This document shows positions 54,653 through 57,154 of a stretch of 57,154 nt of DNA, in pieces. This stretch comes from an uncultured Aeromicrobium sp. GTDB taxonomy: Bacteria > Actinomycetota > Actinomycetes > Propionibacteriales > Nocardioidaceae. The notes below the pieces were generated by a model. The model was not told the origin of the DNA and did not search any database. It worked only from the letters and a program-made list of their open reading frames with translations. Positions within the stretch are counted from its first letter, which is position 1, and each line of letters begins with the position of its first letter. The stretch lies in the NCBI GenBank assembly GCA_964464335.1, contig CAYXFT010000001.1:260-57413 (forward strand), in the 5' to 3' direction. A program made the translations under genes and the position numbers.

Positions 54653-55687
54653 TCAGCCGACAGCGCGCACGAGCAGCGCCAGGAGCGGCAGGCACAGCGC
54701 CGCGAGGATGACGCCGTTGAGCAGGCGATGATCGCGCAGGATCGCGGCGAACTCACGCAGTGTCGCGCTGGGCCAGAAGTAGCGAGCGGTCGGCACGCCC
54801 AGTCCATACCCAGCAAGGCAGACGCTCCGCATCAGCAGCGCCGCCCGCAGGACATGGTAGTTGTTCGTGACGACCGCGAAACGTCCCTCGATCCCGTGCT
54901 CGGCGGCGACGGCGGCGCTGAACCGCAGGTTCTCCTCGGTCGACGTCGAGCGGTCCTCCAGCCAGAGCAGGTCCCGGACGACACCCGCCTCGATCAGGTA
55001 GTTCGCCATCGCGACGGCCTCGGGCACGACCTCATCAGCTCCCTGACCGCCCGAGCAGATCAACCGGGTGTCCCTGCCCCGAGACCGAGAACGATCGAGG
55101 ACCTCACGACCGCGGTCGAGGCGTGAGGCCAACAGCGGCGTCACCCGGTCACCGTGTAGGCCCGCGCCCAGCACGATCACCACGTCGACGGGACTGGCCC
55201 AGCGACGTATCGCCCACCCGTACACGAGTCCCTGAGCGATGAACGAGACGAACACGAATGCCAGATACATGAGCGGCAAGCCGATCGCGGCGAGCCACCA
55301 GAACAGCTCGAGCGCGGCATCGGTGTGACGTTGGTCGAGCCACCAGATGCTCAGGATCAGCGCGCAGTAGCCGAGCAGCAGCAGCCCGAAGGCCAACGGC
55401 AGCAGGGTGGTCGGGCGGGCACCCTCCTTGCGCACCACCGTGATCCCGTTCAGGACGCTGAACACCCCCAGCACGATCAGTGCCAGGACCGCCAGCACGA
55501 CCCCGCCGACCAGAGTCCAGGCCAGCTGCGCGTCGTCCGAGCCGGCGACGATGAACTGGCCGAATGCTCCCAGCAGAGCGAGCCCGGTCGCGAAGGCCGC
55601 GAGGACGCCCACCCGCAGCCGGCGCGGTTCCCGCCACGCACTGAATCCGGCAGCGCACGCCAGTAGCGCGACGAGAACCCAGAGCAC
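54653..55687 (-). CDS. YdcF/DUF218 family membrane protein
   Basis: VLGAGL, LLASRL, SGGQG.DE, EDRSTSTEEN, VTNNYH, LRE. Confidence 0.9.
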   Translation of the reverse strand: MLWVLVALLACAAGFSAWREPRRLRVGVLAAFATGLALLGAFGQFIVAGSDDAQLAWTLVGGVVLAVLALIVLGVFSVLNGITVVRKEGARPTTLLPLAFGLLLLGYCALILSIWWLDQRHTDAALELFWWLAAIGLPLMYLAFVFVSFIAQGLVYGWAIRRWASPVDVVIVLGAGLHGDRVTPLLASRLDRGREVLDRSRSRGRDTRLICSGGQGADEVVPEAVAMANYLIEAGVVRDLLWLEDRSTSTEENLRFSAAVAAEHGIEGRFAVVTNNYHVLRAALLMRSVCLAGYGLGVPTARYFWPSATLREFAAILRDHRLLNGVILAALCLPLLALLVRAVG

Positions 55688-55719
55688 CCCCTGACCCTAG
55701 GCGCCGACACGCCGACGGG

Positions 55720-56940
55720 TCAGCCGACGGGTCCGGTCGCGAGCGTCAGGGTCTGTTCGTGCTGCTGACCCTGCGCTTCGGTCCAAGCGACCGAGATCTG
55801 ATCGCCCGGCGCGTGCTCCGCAATCAGCGACTGCACCTCGTCGGCCGTCGTGACCGTTGTTCCATCGACCGCGGTGATCGTGCTGCCCTCGGCGATCCCT
55901 GCTGTTGCCGCCGGGGAGTCCTCGACCGTTCCGACGACAACGGGTTGCGACGACTGGGTCGACAGTTGGATGCCGAGGAAGGCGCTGCCACCGAGCGCCA
56001 CGGAGCCCGATTCCTGGCCGGACTCGATCTGCCGCACGATCGTCATGGCGTCCTCGATCGGGACGGCGTAGCCGGTGATGTCCACCTGACCGGACGAGGC
56101 CGCGGTCGTGAGGCCGATGACCCCGCCATCGGCGTCGTAGACGGCGCCGCCGGAGTCGCCCGAGACGACGTCGGCGTCGATCTCGATGAGGCCCGTGAGC
56201 TGTTCCGCGCCGGAGTCCGACTCGGCGGTGATCGACTGTTCGAGCGCGGTCACGGTTCCGGCGGCCGCGCTGGCCGCGCCTCCGTCGCCGTTCGCGTTGC
56301 CGACGGCAGTCACCTCGTCGCCGACCTGCACGTCGCCGGACTCGTCGAGGTCGACGGTGTCCAGCCCGGAGGCTCCCTGCAATTGCAGGACGGCGACATC
56401 GGCCACGTCGTCGTACCCGACCACATCGGCGTCGAAGGTCTCGCCCGTGCTGACGATCTCGACCTTGATGCTCGTCGCACCCTCGATGACGTGGTGGTTC
56501 GTGAGGATCGTCCCGTTCGAGGTCAGCACCATGCCGGTGCCGGCCCCCTCGCCCGTGCCGTAGTCGACGACCGTGTTGATGTAGACGAGGCCCTCTTCCT
56601 GCGCGGCGGTGGCGTCGGTCGCGTCCGTGACGGTCGTCTGGTCCTGGACTCCCGGCGGAGTCAGTTGCGGCACCTGAGCCGCGTCGTCGCGGGGGTACGA
56701 CGCCTCGGGTCGAACCTGGTCGGTCCAGTCACGGACCTGGGTCTGGGCGGTGTCCGGCGCGGCCGTCGCGTCCTCGGTGGCGGTTCCGGCATACGCGAAC
56801 CCGACGGCTCCCACGGCGAAGGCCGCGCCGATTCCGGCGATGACCGGCACCCTCAGCCGGCGGCGCACGGCAACCGCCGTGGTGCGGGTCGGGGCGGCCG
56901 GGGTCAGGTCGAACATCTCGGGGTTGGTCTCATGGCTCAT
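55720..56940 (-). CDS. Membrane-anchored S1C serine protease with PDZ domain (PepA/HtrA-like)
   Basis: TM segment, LTNHHV, DVAVL, GDSGG triad; FLGI and SPA..AGI PDZ motifs. Confidence 0.92.
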   Translation of the reverse strand: MSHETNPEMFDLTPAAPTRTTAVAVRRRLRVPVIAGIGAAFAVGAVGFAYAGTATEDATAAPDTAQTQVRDWTDQVRPEASYPRDDAAQVPQLTPPGVQDQTTVTDATDATAAQEEGLVYINTVVDYGTGEGAGTGMVLTSNGTILTNHHVIEGATSIKVEIVSTGETFDADVVGYDDVADVAVLQLQGASGLDTVDLDESGDVQVGDEVTAVGNANGDGGAASAAAGTVTALEQSITAESDSGAEQLTGLIEIDADVVSGDSGGAVYDADGGVIGLTTAASSGQVDITGYAVPIEDAMTIVRQIESGQESGSVALGGSAFLGIQLSTQSSQPVVVGTVEDSPAATAGIAEGSTITAVDGTTVTTADEVQSLIAEHAPGDQISVAWTEAQGQQHEQTLTLATGPVG

Positions 56941-57064
56941 GTGGTGTCCTCTCGTCCACTACAGACAAGCCGCCGACGCTGTGTCGTGGCTGTATGGCAG
57001 TCGAGAAGCACGTGTGACCGCCCCGATTGGGCCGCGGCAGGTCACCTGACGTAAACTCCTCGGC

Positions 57065-57154
57065 GGTGGCGTGTCCGAGCGGCCTAAGGAGCACGCCTCG
57101 AAAGCGTGTGTGGGTTCACGCCCACCGTGGGTTCAAATCCCACCGCCACCGCCA
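57065..57154 (+). tRNA. tRNA-Ser (anticodon CGA)
   Basis: Acceptor stem GGTGGCG/CGCCACC plus G-CCA; anticodon arm CACGC-CTCGAAA-GCGTG; long variable arm; GGTTCAAATCC; TAAACT -10 box 7 nt upstream. Confidence 0.97.

Noticed and set aside
57065..57154. tRNA 3' end as an attachment site for an element in this window
   Set aside because: No second copy of the tRNA 3' end was seen in the window; the window simply ends at CCA
1..57154. CRISPR array, defence system, prophage or NRPS/PKS cluster
   Set aside because: No regularly spaced repeats, cas, nuclease, phage, carrier-protein or ketosynthase genes recognised; gene content points to catabolism

Overview
High-GC actinobacterial DNA (Nocardioides/Aeromicrobium-like by gene content; taxon is inferred). 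The window opens with the 3' end of pntB. A 49-gene, about 49 kb CoA-dependent catabolic cluster follows (336-49703). It holds three two-gene acyl-CoA dehydrogenase pairs, four crotonases, a MaoC dehydratase, four CoA ligases, a family III CoA transferase, two Cys-less thiolase-fold/DUF35 pairs, one canonical thiolase, ten SDRs (four from a 1.6 kb tandem duplication), two HAPMO-type Baeyer-Villiger monooxygenases, an F420-type LLM, a Liv-type ABC importer, an MFS transporter, three GntR-family regulators and one TetR. It has steroid-catabolism-like parts but none of the steroid ring signature genes, so the substrate is unknown. Four of its promoters share an AT-rich 18-bp motif (ATRNYAANTATGAYACTA), a candidate operator. 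The right end is core-like: add, upp, a TadA-associated protein, tadA, an 82-bp palindromic element, an LLM/FMN-reductase pair behind a RosR-like operator, YrdB- and YdcF-like genes, an HtrA/PepA-like protease and tRNA-Ser(CGA). I saw no integrase, transposase or CRISPR array. Family calls come from motif recognition by eye, not database searches. Start codons were re-picked from RBS and overlap context.
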